A stretch of DNA of 64,000 nucleotides, from the NCBI GenBank assembly GCA_033549025.1, contig JAWSUS010000005.1, positions 32,001 through 96,000 on the forward strand. Reading direction: 5' to 3'. This DNA is from Desulfuromonadales bacterium (GTDB taxonomy: Bacteria; Desulfobacterota; Desulfuromonadia; Desulfuromonadales; SZUA-540). The position numbers were made by a program, and so were the translations under genes. A model generated the notes under the pieces. That model did not search any database. It was not told the origin of the DNA and was given only the letters and a program-made list of their open reading frames with translations. This document shows, in pieces, positions 11,027 through 21,098 of the stretch. Each line of letters begins with the position of its first letter. Positions within the stretch are counted from its first letter, which is position 1.

Positions 11027-11692
11027 ATGATGCCTCTTGATTTATCGCTGTCATCGCTGTTCATGGCTCTGGCCGCCGGTTTTGCCAGCCTGGCTTCCCC
11101 CTGCGTGCTGCCCGTTGTGCCTATCATCGTCACCGGTACGCCCCAGGACCACCGGCTGCGCCCCGTCCTCATCGTTCTCGGGCTGAGTGTCAGCTTTATT
11201 GCCATGGGGGCGGTGAGCTCCCTCTTTGGCGGCGCCGTGGCCGGTTTCATGCCGACGCTGGAAAAGGTGGCGGGGGTGGTGGTCATCTTCTTCGGCGTCC
11301 TCATGCTCTTCGATGTCAATCTCTTCAAGCGACTCACCTTCTTTGCGCGCCTGCCGGCGTCCGGGTCGGGGCGCTGGTCGGGGCTGATCCTCGGACTGAC
11401 GCTGGGACTGGTGTGGATCCCCTGTGTCGGCCCCGTGCTGTCGGGGCTGCTGGCCCTGGTCGCCACGGACGGCCGCCTTTCCGTCGGGCTCCTGCTGCTG
11501 GCCGTCTACTCCCTCGGCTTCGCCATCCCCATGCTGCTGGCCGCCTACGCCAGCCAGTCCGTACGCCAGAAAATACGCGCCGTCAACCGTCACCCTCTGG
11601 CCGTGCGTATGGTCAGCGGCCTGCTGCTCATCGCTTTCGGGGTCTACATCCTGAAGGCGGGGATGCTGAGCATCGGCTTTACCACGGCATGA
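11027..11692 (+). CDS. ccdA: cytochrome c biogenesis CcdA / DsbD-beta family membrane protein
   Basis: SPCVLP and WIPCVGPVL cysteine motifs, about 6 TM. Confidence 0.9.
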   Translation: MMPLDLSLSSLFMALAAGFASLASPCVLPVVPIIVTGTPQDHRLRPVLIVLGLSVSFIAMGAVSSLFGGAVAGFMPTLEKVAGVVVIFFGVLMLFDVNLFKRLTFFARLPASGSGRWSGLILGLTLGLVWIPCVGPVLSGLLALVATDGRLSVGLLLLAVYSLGFAIPMLLAAYASQSVRQKIRAVNRHPLAVRMVSGLLLIAFGVYILKAGMLSIGFTTA

Positions 11693-11723
11693 ACGGCACC
11701 CTGAGGTGCTGCCAGGATACCCC

Positions 11724-13625
11724 ATGAACGTCATCGACATAACCGATCTGCACAAAAGCTATGGTGCCCGCACCGTCCTCGCCGGCATCGGCCTTACCCT
11801 CGGGGAGGAGGAGAAGGTCGGCGTCATCGGCCGTAACGGCTGCGGCAAGTCGACGCTGCTGCGCATCATCGCCGGGCTGGAATCGACCGATGCGGGGCGG
11901 GTCATCCGCAAGCGCGACCTGACCGCCGTCTATCTGCCGCAGGAGCCCGAACTCGATCCCGCTCTGAGCATCCGCCAGACCCTCGACGCCGCCCTCGGCG
12001 AAGCGCGCCGGCGCCTCTCCCGTTTTCAGGCCATCTCCGACGAACTGCACACCGCCCAGGGGCAAGCCGCCGAGCGTCTGCTGCACGAACAGCACGAAGT
12101 CCAGAGCTGGCTCGACCTGCACGGGGCCTGGAATCTCGATCACAAGGTGGCTGACCTGTGCGGCCAGCTCGGTCTGGCCGATCCGCAGCAGCGGGTGGGG
12201 GAACTCTCCGGTGGCGGCGTCAAGCGGGTCGCCCTGGCGGCGGCGCTGCTGCGTGAGCCCGAACTGCTGCTGCTCGACGAGCCTACCAACCATCTGGACG
12301 CCGACACCGTCGCCTGGCTGGAAACGGCTCTGCGCACCTTCGCCGGCGCGGTGATGCTCGTCACCCATGACCGCTATTTCCTCGACCGCGTCGTCAACCG
12401 CATGTTCGAAATCGACCAGGGCGGGCTGACCGCCTTCACCGGCGGGTACAGCGCCTATCTGGAGCAGAAGCAGGAGCTGCTGCTGCGCGAGGAACGCTCG
12501 CAGGACCGCCTGCTCAATCTGCTGCGACGGGAAGAAGCCTGGCTGCGGCGCGGGGCTAAGGCCCGTACCACTAAGCAGAAGGCGCGCATCGACCGGGTCG
12601 AACAGCTGCAGGGGCAGAAAAAGACCGGTTCCGGCCGGGAGATGAAGCTCGAGCTGGAGATGGGGCAGCGCCTCGGCGGCACCATCCTCGAACTGGCCGG
12701 ACTGTCGGTCGAGATGGGCGGCCGCCCCCTCATCCGCGACCTCGACCTCATTATGCGCAAGGGGGAGCGCATCGGCATCCTCGGTCCCAATGGCTGCGGC
12801 AAGACCACCCTGCTGCGCACCGTGCTCGGCGAACTGTCGCCGGCCGCCGGCACCGTTGTTCTCGGCAAGAACACGCGGATCGGCTATCTCGACCAGGCCC
12901 GCAGCGGTCTCGACCCGGAGCAGTTCGTGCACGAGGCGGTGGGGGAGGGGGACTGGGTCACGGTCGCCGGTCACAAGCGCCACAAAATCGGCTATCTGGA
13001 GGATTTTCTTTTTTCCCGCGATGAGCAGCGCAAACGCATCTCCACCCTTTCCGGCGGCGAGAGGGCCCGGCTGCTGCTGGCCAAACTCATGCTCGAGGAA
13101 GCCAACCTCATCATCCTCGACGAGCCGACCAACGACCTCGACATTCCCACCATGCAGGTGCTCGAAGAGGCCTTCAACGCGTATCCCGGCTGCGTGCTGG
13201 TCGTCACCCACGATCGCTGGTTTCTCGACCGCATCGCCACCGGCATCCTCCATTTTGAGCCGGGTGGTCGCGTGCAATTCTCGGAGGGGAACTACGAGGA
13301 TTTCTGCCGGCTGCAGGCCCTGCAGGCCGAGGAGGCAGCGGCGGTGAAAGCGCCCCCCAAGGCCAAAGAGGCGGAAGTCCGGGTGCGCAAGCGGGCCGGG
13401 CTCAGCTACAAGGAACAGCGGGAGCTCGAAGCGGTAGAGGCGGAAATCGCCGAACAGGAAGCCGAAATGGCCGAACTGGAGGCGATGCTCTCCGACCCCG
13501 CCCGCCTGGGCGGCGATAGCGGCCGTCTTGAAGAAACGGCTCGCCAGTTTGCCGTGGCTGAAAGTCGGCTGGAGGAATTGATGGCCCGCTGGGAAGAACT
13601 GGAAGTTAAAAAAGCCGGAGACTGA
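11724..13625 (+). CDS. ABC-F family ATPase (Uup-like)
   Basis: Two NBDs (GRNGCGKS, GPNGCGKT), DEPTNHLD/DEPTNDLD, KARTTKQKARI linker, C-terminal coiled coil. Confidence 0.9.
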   Translation: MNVIDITDLHKSYGARTVLAGIGLTLGEEEKVGVIGRNGCGKSTLLRIIAGLESTDAGRVIRKRDLTAVYLPQEPELDPALSIRQTLDAALGEARRRLSRFQAISDELHTAQGQAAERLLHEQHEVQSWLDLHGAWNLDHKVADLCGQLGLADPQQRVGELSGGGVKRVALAAALLREPELLLLDEPTNHLDADTVAWLETALRTFAGAVMLVTHDRYFLDRVVNRMFEIDQGGLTAFTGGYSAYLEQKQELLLREERSQDRLLNLLRREEAWLRRGAKARTTKQKARIDRVEQLQGQKKTGSGREMKLELEMGQRLGGTILELAGLSVEMGGRPLIRDLDLIMRKGERIGILGPNGCGKTTLLRTVLGELSPAAGTVVLGKNTRIGYLDQARSGLDPEQFVHEAVGEGDWVTVAGHKRHKIGYLEDFLFSRDEQRKRISTLSGGERARLLLAKLMLEEANLIILDEPTNDLDIPTMQVLEEAFNAYPGCVLVVTHDRWFLDRIATGILHFEPGGRVQFSEGNYEDFCRLQALQAEEAAAVKAPPKAKEAEVRVRKRAGLSYKEQRELEAVEAEIAEQEAEMAELEAMLSDPARLGGDSGRLEETARQFAVAESRLEELMARWEELEVKKAGD

Positions 13626-13628
13626 GGC

Positions 13629-14780
13629 TCACACCCGGTTCTGGCGCAGTTCTGCCAGCGAGTAGAAAGTGCCCCGCCAGGTGATGCCGCCCTGCAGCAG
13701 GTTGAGGGAGACGGAGCGCAGCAGGATGTAGGTGAAGAGGGCGGCGGCCAGGGGGTAGCCGGCGGCGTACCAGCGCCTGTAGCCGTGAAAGCGGGCGCCG
13801 TCGATCAGGCTGAAGGTCAGCACCGCGACGATGACCGCGTAGAGCAGGCGGGTCGTTCCTGTCGTCAGCAGAAGGGCGGCGTAGGGCCAGACGCTGACGG
13901 CCAGGTGAAAAAGGGCCCCGGCGATAATCAGTGACAGACGGTAGTCGGTGCCGGCAAAGACGTTCTTCTCCAGCCCGCGGATCACCTCGCCGACGCTGGC
14001 GTACCATTCGACGCTGATGAGGCCGGTGCCATAAGCGATATCCTGTGAAAACCCCCCTTTTTTGATAATCTTGCCCAGCTTGAGGTCGTCGTCCGGGCGC
14101 AGGGCGATGGTGCGGTGGCCGCCAACCTCCCGGTAGACCGTCGTGCGCACCAGGTTGAAGGCGCCGATGCCGATGTGGCAGCGGCTTTTGGGGTCGCGGG
14201 CTTTCCAGGGGCGCACGTACATGCCGAAGATTAAACCAAAAGTGGCGCCGAAAATATTGAGGAAATGGGTGGGCATGTGAGGCACCGGGGTGGCGGCCAG
14301 ATGATCGAGGTTTTCACCCTCAAGGAGGGCGACGGCGCGTGCCAGGGCGCTCGGTTCCATGACCACGTCGGCGTCGGTGAAGAGGATCAACTCGCCGCCG
14401 GCCAGTGCACTGCCGCACCAGAGGGCGTGATTCTTGCCGAGCCAGCCGGCCGGCAGTTCGTCGATGGTGAGCAGGCGCAGGCGCTTCTCGTTGGCGCTGA
14501 GCTCCTGCAGAATGGCGCCGGTGGCGTCTTCTGAGCGGTCGTTGACCACGATTACTTCGTAGTCAGGGTAATCAAGCTGCAGGATTGACTGCAGGGCCTG
14601 GCGAAGGTGGCGCTGTTCGTTGCGGGCGGCAATGACCACCGAGACCTTGGGCGGGTTAACGGACAGCGCCGGTGTCACCTCGCGCAGAAAAGTCAGCCGG
14701 CGGCTGCCGGCATAGGCGATTACCGCCGCCGGGGTGATGATGAGCAGGGTGACGAGCCCCAGCCAGAAGAGAAAATTCAT
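13629..14780 (-). CDS. glycosyltransferase family 2, membrane bound
   Basis: VIAARNE, VNDRSED, GWLGKNHA, FTDAD. Confidence 0.9.
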   Translation of the reverse strand: MNFLFWLGLVTLLIITPAAVIAYAGSRRLTFLREVTPALSVNPPKVSVVIAARNEQRHLRQALQSILQLDYPDYEVIVVNDRSEDATGAILQELSANEKRLRLLTIDELPAGWLGKNHALWCGSALAGGELILFTDADVVMEPSALARAVALLEGENLDHLAATPVPHMPTHFLNIFGATFGLIFGMYVRPWKARDPKSRCHIGIGAFNLVRTTVYREVGGHRTIALRPDDDLKLGKIIKKGGFSQDIAYGTGLISVEWYASVGEVIRGLEKNVFAGTDYRLSLIIAGALFHLAVSVWPYAALLLTTGTTRLLYAVIVAVLTFSLIDGARFHGYRRWYAAGYPLAAALFTYILLRSVSLNLLQGGITWRGTFYSLAELRQNRV

Positions 14781-14855
14781 ATCTACTCCATGGATGCTTC
14801 TGTTACTTTCCTGTCTCCACGGTAGTGCAACGGGCGGCAAAAAGGTAGGGAGAAA

Positions 14856-15590
14856 ATGACGTCGTTAGACGAAAAGATGGCCCGGTGGCCGGCGCTGAAA
14901 GAGGCTGTTGGCGAAGACCATAATCGGCTGGAGCGGGATATCGCCACCTGGTGCGAGGATTATGGCGAGCGCGGTGGGAAGATTCACTGTGGCAGGGGGT
15001 GCCGCAACTGCTGCACGCTTCACGTCGACGTGTCGCTGACCGAAGCCCTGCTGGTCAGCGATGCGCTCAGCGCCGAGCAGGCGGCGGCGGTGGCGTCCAC
15101 CGTGGAGCGAATGACGACGGAACTCGCCGGGGTCGACGATTTCAAAACTTTCCTGCGCCACTATCGGCAACGGGTCGGCGCCTGTCCCTTTCTCGGCGCG
15201 GACGGGGCCTGCACGGTATACGCCGTGCGTCCCTTCGCCTGTCGGGCCCTCCTTTCCACCCGCCCCGCCGACTGGTGCGCCGTCGACTTCGCCGAGCTGA
15301 CGCCGCTGGAACGCACTCTCTTTATGGACAGCCTTGACCGTGCCGTGGTGGCTTTTCCCACCCACTACGTGGAGGCCACTCAGGAACAGGCCCGGGTGCT
15401 GGAAACCACCGCCATTCTGGCCATGCGTGAGACTTTTGGTGTGGCCGTCAGCGGCAATCTGCCCTATCTTGTTCATCTGCAGCGCCAACACGGCCTAGGT
15501 GAGGCGCTGGCGCAGGGGGAGGCCGCGGTACGGGAGCTTCTGCACCGTGACGGCATCGACTCGCCTTTTCTCGTTCATCTCCATCTCTGA
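14856..15590 (+). CDS. YkgJ / CxxCxxCC cysteine-cluster protein
   Basis: CGRGCRNCC, CPFL..CTVYAVRPFACR. Confidence 0.85.
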   Translation: MTSLDEKMARWPALKEAVGEDHNRLERDIATWCEDYGERGGKIHCGRGCRNCCTLHVDVSLTEALLVSDALSAEQAAAVASTVERMTTELAGVDDFKTFLRHYRQRVGACPFLGADGACTVYAVRPFACRALLSTRPADWCAVDFAELTPLERTLFMDSLDRAVVAFPTHYVEATQEQARVLETTAILAMRETFGVAVSGNLPYLVHLQRQHGLGEALAQGEAAVRELLHRDGIDSPFLVHLHL

Positions 15591-15601
15591 ACCCTCAGAC
15601 A

Positions 15602-15638
15602 CACGAAGGGGCGGCCCTTTCGGTGCCGCCCCTTCGTG
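15602..15638. terminator. hairpin between convergent genes
   Basis: CACGAAGGGGCGGC / GCCGCCCCTTCGTG 14-bp inverted repeat. Confidence 0.65.
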
Positions 15639-15665
15639 CTCATGCCTGTCGCGCTTGCCTGTCCG

Positions 15666-16556
15666 TTACTTCAGCCACTCGGCTACTTTTTCCGGATTTT
15701 CATTGATCCAGCGCTTGGCGTTTTCATATGGGTCAGCACCCTCTTCCTCATTCCAGACCATGACCGCGGCCATGTCTTCGGGAGACCAGTTGAATTTATC
15801 CAGGAAAGCATAGACCTCGGGCTGTTCTTCCTGCAGACCCTTGCGCACGATGGTGTGGATGACCTCTTCGCCACCGAAGACGTTTTTAGGGTCTTTCAGA
15901 TATTTGAGGTCCCAGGCCGCGAACTTCCAGTGCGGTGTCCAGCCAGTGACAACGACCCACTGCTCGTTCTTGATGGCGTCGGCCAAAGCCGCGGTCATGG
16001 TGGCGCCGCTCCCTTCGATGAGTTTGAAGTTGTCCAGCCCGTATTCAGTAAGGGCGAGCTCCGTTTTGGACATGAGGCCGGCCCCCGGGTCGATGCCGAT
16101 GATGCGGCCATCGAACTTTTCGGCATTGGCGTTGAGCTCTTCCAGCGAGTCGATGGTCACGTAGGCCGGCACGACCAGGCCGATGCGAGTGCCGACCAGA
16201 TTGGGCCCGAGGTCGACGAGCTTGTCCTTGAGCTCATCGAGGTAGTGGCCATGGGTGGTCGGCAGCCAGGCTGCGACCATGCCGTCGGCGTCGTTGGAGG
16301 CGATGGACTGCCACATGGCAGCAGCGCTGACCGGAATAGTTTTGACCTGGTAGCCCATCTTCTCTTGCAGAACAGCCTTGACCACGTTGGTGCTGGCCAC
16401 TTCCGAAGACCACTCGACGTAAGCCAGTTCAACGGTCTTTTTGGTCGGTGAGTCCTCTTTGGAGGTGGTGTCAGTTTCCTGTTTGGTGCAGGCGAAAAGC
16501 CCGATACTCAACAGGGCCAGCAGAATGACAGGAATACGAATCATGCGTGATGTCAT
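15666..16556 (-). CDS. opuAC: glycine betaine ABC transporter substrate-binding lipoprotein
   Basis: Lipobox LFAC, AWLPTTH, GIDPGAG, GWTPHW. Confidence 0.9.
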   Translation of the reverse strand: MTSRMIRIPVILLALLSIGLFACTKQETDTTSKEDSPTKKTVELAYVEWSSEVASTNVVKAVLQEKMGYQVKTIPVSAAAMWQSIASNDADGMVAAWLPTTHGHYLDELKDKLVDLGPNLVGTRIGLVVPAYVTIDSLEELNANAEKFDGRIIGIDPGAGLMSKTELALTEYGLDNFKLIEGSGATMTAALADAIKNEQWVVVTGWTPHWKFAAWDLKYLKDPKNVFGGEEVIHTIVRKGLQEEQPEVYAFLDKFNWSPEDMAAVMVWNEEEGADPYENAKRWINENPEKVAEWLK

Positions 16557-16575
16557 TTTTATCTCCTTGTTCGTG

Positions 16576-17421
16576 TTAAAGGTTGACGGATTTACGGGTG
16601 GTTATTTTCTGGGTAATACGGTCGAGGATGATGGCGACGATAACCACACCCAGGCCGGCCTCAAAACCCATCCCCGGCTTCAGACGCTGAATCGCCTTCC
16701 AGACTTCCCCACCCAGACCGCCGGCGCCGATCATGGCAGCGATGACGACCATGGACAGGGACAGCATGATGGTCTGGTTGACGCCAGCCATGATGGTCGG
16801 CGTCGCCAGCGGCAGCTGCAGCTTGAATAGCTTCTGACGGCGGGTCGAGCCGAAGGCGTCTGCCGCTTCGATGAGCTCTTCCGGCACCTGCCGGATGCCG
16901 AGGCAGGTCAGGCGGATGGCCGGTGGCATAGCGAAGATGACGGTGGAGAAAATGGCGGAAACAGGCCCCAGGCCGAAAAAGGGAATGGCCGGGATCAGAT
17001 AGACGAAAGCCGGCATGGTCTGCATGAAATCGAGCACGGGCATGGTGACCCGGTTCACCCTGTTGAAAAGAGCGGCCATGATGCCAATGGGAATACCTAT
17101 GGCAACGGCTACGAGGGTGGCGATGAGGACCAGGGCGATAGTGGAAACCGTTGGCTCCCACAAACCCAGGTTCCAGATAAAGAGCAACCCGGCGAGGGCG
17201 AAAATGGCAATGCGCCGTCCACTCAGCCACAGGGCAATGCCGGCGAAGATGAGGATGAGCAGCCAGGGGGGCAAAAAGAGCATGCCCTCGACCAGGGCGT
17301 CGATGCCCGTCTCGGTGAAGCGGGAAAGACCTTTGGTGATAAAGGCGAAATGATGGGTAAAAAAATCGATAAGGGCTTCAATGCCTTTTCCCAGGGGAAA
17401 CTTCGGCAGGGGCATATCCAT
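16576..17421 (-). CDS. opuAB: glycine betaine ABC transporter permease
   Basis: LDFMQTMPAFVYLIP, EAA loop, MIGAGGLG. Confidence 0.93.
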   Translation of the reverse strand: MDMPLPKFPLGKGIEALIDFFTHHFAFITKGLSRFTETGIDALVEGMLFLPPWLLILIFAGIALWLSGRRIAIFALAGLLFIWNLGLWEPTVSTIALVLIATLVAVAIGIPIGIMAALFNRVNRVTMPVLDFMQTMPAFVYLIPAIPFFGLGPVSAIFSTVIFAMPPAIRLTCLGIRQVPEELIEAADAFGSTRRQKLFKLQLPLATPTIMAGVNQTIMLSLSMVVIAAMIGAGGLGGEVWKAIQRLKPGMGFEAGLGVVIVAIILDRITQKITTRKSVNL

Positions 17422-18602
17422 CAGCTGAGCCTCCTTTCTGCCATGGCGGCCAGCAGGGCGCCGCGGACGATGATGCCTTTGAGTTTCTTGTCCTCATCGA
17501 CGACGGCGACGGGAAAGTTTTCGAAAGCGAAGAGTTCCTGCAGGCTGGCGCCAGGGTGAACCTGGGGTACGTCGCGGACAATGGCCGTTTCGATGCTCGG
17601 TTCGTTGTTCTTGGCCAGCTTCGAGGCGTCGTCCGCCGAGAGGATGCCAAGCAGACGGCGCTCCTTGTCCACCACCAGGATGCCGGAGAGACCGACTTCC
17701 TTCATCTTGTGCAGGGCGGTTTTGGGGCCATCCTTGGGGAAGGTGACGGCGGTGGCCTTGTGCATGACCGATTCGGCTGTGAGAATTTTGGAGACGTCGA
17801 CGTCTTCGATAAACTTTTCGACATAGTCATCGGCGGGGTTGGTGAGAATCTCTTCCGGTGTACCGGCCTGCACGACGGCGCCGTCGCGCATGATGATGAT
17901 CTTGTCGCCGAGTTTGAGAGCCTCGTCGAGATCGTGGGTGATAAAGACGATGGTTTTGTTGACCCGGCTCTGCAGAGCCAGTAGTTCGTCCTGCATTTCA
18001 CGGCGAATGAGGGGATCGAGGGCGCTGAAAGCCTCGTCCATCAGCAGAATGTCGGGGTCGAGGGCCAGGGCCCGGGCCAGACCGACGCGCTGCTGCATGC
18101 CGCCGCTGAGTTGAGCGGGATAGGAATCCTCCCAGCCTTTGAGGCCCACCAGTTCGAGAGCCTCCTGCGCTTTGGCCTGCCTTTCGTCAAGAGCGATGCC
18201 CTGAATCTCCAGGCCATACTCGGCATTCTGCAGGACGGTGCGATGGGGGAAGAGAGCAAAGCGCTGGAAGACCATGCCGAATTTCTTCAGGCGTGTCTGG
18301 CGTAGGGCCTCTTCCGACAGGGTCGTAATATCGGTGCCATCGATAAAGACTTTGCCGCCCGTCGGTTCGATGAGGCGGTTGAGGCAGCGGATGAGGGTCG
18401 ACTTGCCGCTGCCGGAAAGTCCCATGACCACCAGGAATTCGCCTTCGTTGATGTCGAAGGAGACCTGGTTAATGCCTACCGCCAGTTTGTGGCGCCGCAG
18501 CAGTTCTTCCTTGCCCATGCCGTCCTGCAGCATTTTGATCCCGGCACGGGGGGCCTTGCCGAAAACCTTGTAAAGATTTTCGACCTTGATCTTTGGTGTC
18601 AT
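17421..18602 (-). CDS. opuAA: glycine betaine ABC transporter ATPase with CBS domains
   Basis: GLSGSGKS, LSGGMQQR, DEAFSALDPLIR, C-terminal CBS pair; start at MTPKIKV. Confidence 0.93.
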   Translation of the reverse strand: MTPKIKVENLYKVFGKAPRAGIKMLQDGMGKEELLRRHKLAVGINQVSFDINEGEFLVVMGLSGSGKSTLIRCLNRLIEPTGGKVFIDGTDITTLSEEALRQTRLKKFGMVFQRFALFPHRTVLQNAEYGLEIQGIALDERQAKAQEALELVGLKGWEDSYPAQLSGGMQQRVGLARALALDPDILLMDEAFSALDPLIRREMQDELLALQSRVNKTIVFITHDLDEALKLGDKIIIMRDGAVVQAGTPEEILTNPADDYVEKFIEDVDVSKILTAESVMHKATAVTFPKDGPKTALHKMKEVGLSGILVVDKERRLLGILSADDASKLAKNNEPSIETAIVRDVPQVHPGASLQELFAFENFPVAVVDEDKKLKGIIVRGALLAAMAERRLS

Positions 18603-18678
18603 AGCGTTCCTGTCTTTTGGTGTAAGGACAATAGAGGTGTCCGTTTTCGCACCGGAGCGCGAAAAACGGACGAGGTTG

Positions 18679-19263
18679 TCAGGAGTTGGCAGGATCCGGC
18701 GGCGACGCAATGGGGCCTGTGGCCAGCAGGGGGGCCGCGTCGATTTTGCGCGCCTCCATCAGGTCCACGACTTTCTCCAGGGACAGGGTGATGGAGACCC
18801 TTTCGAGCTCCGGCAATTCCTTCAGCGCGTCGGCCAGGGATTCCTGCAAAGGGCTGGGCGCCGCGGTAGCCAGGGCCTGCCCGGCCTCCGTGGCCACTAC
18901 CTGCACCTGTCGGCGGTCGCGGCTGCTGCGCTGACGCACGACCAGGCCCTTCTCTTCGAGGCGGTCGACGATGCCGACCACGGTGCTCGGACTGAGGTAG
19001 ATTTTCTGGGCCAGAACCGTCGTAGGCAGAGGACCGTGGTCGATGAGGGCCAGCAGACAGCCGAGTTGGGGGCCGGTGATGTTGTGCTGCTGGATCAGCT
19101 TCTGCGAGTGGATTTCCGTGGCCCGGATAATGCGCCGCAGGGCCTGGAGAATGCGCAGCTCGTAACTGTTCGTAGGGATGCGGGGTGGTTGGTGGCTGTC
19201 GGCCCCTGTGGCGTTGTGGGTTCCGTGGGGCTTCGGTGTCGGTTTTTCAGGTTGAGACGTCAT
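18679..19263 (-). CDS. MarR family regulator (EctR/CosR-like) upstream of the opuA operon
   Basis: LRRIIRA..ITGPQL..LSPSTVVGIVDRLEEKGLV.R.RS.RDRR. Confidence 0.88.
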   Translation of the reverse strand: MTSQPEKPTPKPHGTHNATGADSHQPPRIPTNSYELRILQALRRIIRATEIHSQKLIQQHNITGPQLGCLLALIDHGPLPTTVLAQKIYLSPSTVVGIVDRLEEKGLVVRQRSSRDRRQVQVVATEAGQALATAAPSPLQESLADALKELPELERVSITLSLEKVVDLMEARKIDAAPLLATGPIASPPDPANS

Positions 19264-19288
19264 GTGGTGACCTCTATGGACGAGATGA

Positions 19289-19363
19289 CTTCGAAATACA
19301 TTTCGAAGCAAAAGATTCGTATGCGAATCGTTACAAATAGCACAACCAGCGAAGGGTTGTCAA
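19289..19363 (-). promoter_or_regulatory. promoter and palindromic operator candidates of MarR-opuA
   Basis: TTGACA-N18-TATTTG (minus); palindromes GATTCG-tatg-CGAATC (19314-19329) and CTTCGAAA-taca-TTTCGAAG (19289-19308). Confidence 0.5.
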
Positions 19364-19391
19364 AAACTGCGTTCAGCGGCAGGTCGGAAAC

Positions 19392-19426
19392 AAAAAAGCC
19401 GGTGCGCACAAAGCGTACCGGCTTTT
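19392..19426 (-). terminator. intrinsic terminator after DEAD-box helicase
   Basis: AAAAAAGCCGGTGCGC..GCGTACCGGCTTTT. Confidence 0.75.
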
Positions 19427-19448
19427 GGTCAGGATGACAGCGGTTTTA

Positions 19449-20771
19449 TCAGCGGCTGCGGCGGTGAATCACCACGGGCTCGCTTTTGGCCTTGGCGCCA
19501 AAGGGGCGGCTAGCGCCGCCGGTGCGGCGTTGTTGCGGGCGGCCCTCTTCGATTTTGCCGTAGGAGCGTTGCTGGCGCACGGGTTTGCCGCCTTGGGGTT
19601 TGCGACTGGTGCGGCGCGGCTGCGGGTGGAGGCCGCGGGTCGGTTCCAGGCCGGGGACGACATGCTGGGGCAGCGATTGGCCGATGTAGCGCTCAATGCG
19701 CTGCAGGGCCAGGGCGTCGCTCCCGGAAGCGAAAGAGATGGCCGTTCCGGTGGCGCCGGCGCGCCCGGTGCGGCCGATGCGGTGGACATAGTCCTCGGCG
19801 AACTTGGGCAGATCGAAATTGATGACGTGGCTGATGCCGGTGACGTCGATGCCGCGGGCGGCGACGTCCGTGGCGACCAGCAGCTTGACGCGGCCGTTGC
19901 GCAGATCCCGTACGGTGCGGTTGCGGGCGCCCTGGGTCATGTCGCCGTGCAGGGCGGCGGCGCGATGGCCGCGGGAAGACAGCTCCTGAGCCAGGCGGTC
20001 GGCGTCGCGCTTGGTGGCCGAGAAGATGATGGCCTGGTTCATGCTGCCGTCGGTGACCAGGTGTTCGAGCAGGCGTTGTTTGTGTTCCAGATTGTCGGTC
20101 ACATGAAGGCGCTGCTCGATCTTCAGGCTGGTGGAGCCCTGGGTGGCCAGCGCGATCTTGACCGGGTTCTTCAGCAGGGCCATGGCCAGCTTGGTCATGG
20201 CCTGATCGAGAGTGGCGGTAAAGAGCAGGGTCTGGCGGTCGGCCGGGGTGGCGGCGGTGATTTTTTCCACATCCTGCTGAAAGCCCATGTCGAGCATGCG
20301 GTCGGCCTCGTCAAGGACGAGGATTTCGACGCGCGACAGATCGAGGCTGCCGCGATCGAGGTGGTCGATGAGGCGTCCCGGCGTGGCGACGACCAGGTCG
20401 AGGGGCTGGGACAGGGCCTTGAACTGCTCGCGGTAGGGGCTGCCGCCCAGGATGACGGCGCTGCGAACGCGCAGGTACTTGCCGTAGTTGCGGGTGGCGT
20501 CGGTCACCTGGCTGGCCAGCTCGCGGGTCGGCGTCAGAACCAGAATGCGCGGGGCACCCTTGGGGCCTTTTTTCAGGGTGGCCAGACGTTCAAGGGCCGG
20601 CAGCATAAAGGCGGCGGTCTTGCCGGTGCCCGTCTGGGCGCTGGCGATCAGATCCTTGCCCAGCAGGGCCTCGGGAATCGCCTTGGCCTGAATGGGGGTC
20701 GGGGTGGTGTAGCCGCACTCGAGGACGGCTTTGAGGACGGGGGCAGACAGGTTGAGTTCGGTAAAAGACAT
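19449..20771 (-). CDS. DEAD-box RNA helicase (RhlE-like)
   Basis: Q motif, AQTGTGKT, PTRELA, DEAD, TAT, ARGID, HRIGRTGR. Confidence 0.95.
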   Translation of the reverse strand: MSFTELNLSAPVLKAVLECGYTTPTPIQAKAIPEALLGKDLIASAQTGTGKTAAFMLPALERLATLKKGPKGAPRILVLTPTRELASQVTDATRNYGKYLRVRSAVILGGSPYREQFKALSQPLDLVVATPGRLIDHLDRGSLDLSRVEILVLDEADRMLDMGFQQDVEKITAATPADRQTLLFTATLDQAMTKLAMALLKNPVKIALATQGSTSLKIEQRLHVTDNLEHKQRLLEHLVTDGSMNQAIIFSATKRDADRLAQELSSRGHRAAALHGDMTQGARNRTVRDLRNGRVKLLVATDVAARGIDVTGISHVINFDLPKFAEDYVHRIGRTGRAGATGTAISFASGSDALALQRIERYIGQSLPQHVVPGLEPTRGLHPQPRRTSRKPQGGKPVRQQRSYGKIEEGRPQQRRTGGASRPFGAKAKSEPVVIHRRSR

Positions 20772-21098
20772 GCAGAATCCTTGCTGATTTCGTCAAAGAC
20801 ACACGTCATTGCAGCCGCAAGGCATGAGGCCTTCCTCTAGGCAGACTCGCAAGGACTGGTCGAAGGACGAAACAGTGAATAAAGTTCGGGGTGCGATACC
20901 GCTGGGACAAACGACTGTCTCAAGGGGAACGGCCTTGCACAACACCGTTGGCATGAACGCATCGTCGCCAACCGAAGTGCTGCGCAATATCCAAAGGGAA
21001 TGATTGCAGGGGGGTCAGTGATCGATGGGGCAGAGGAAAAACCGGGCGGGCCGGCGATAGAGGACTTTTCCGCTGGTAGCGTTAACGCTGAATCACGC

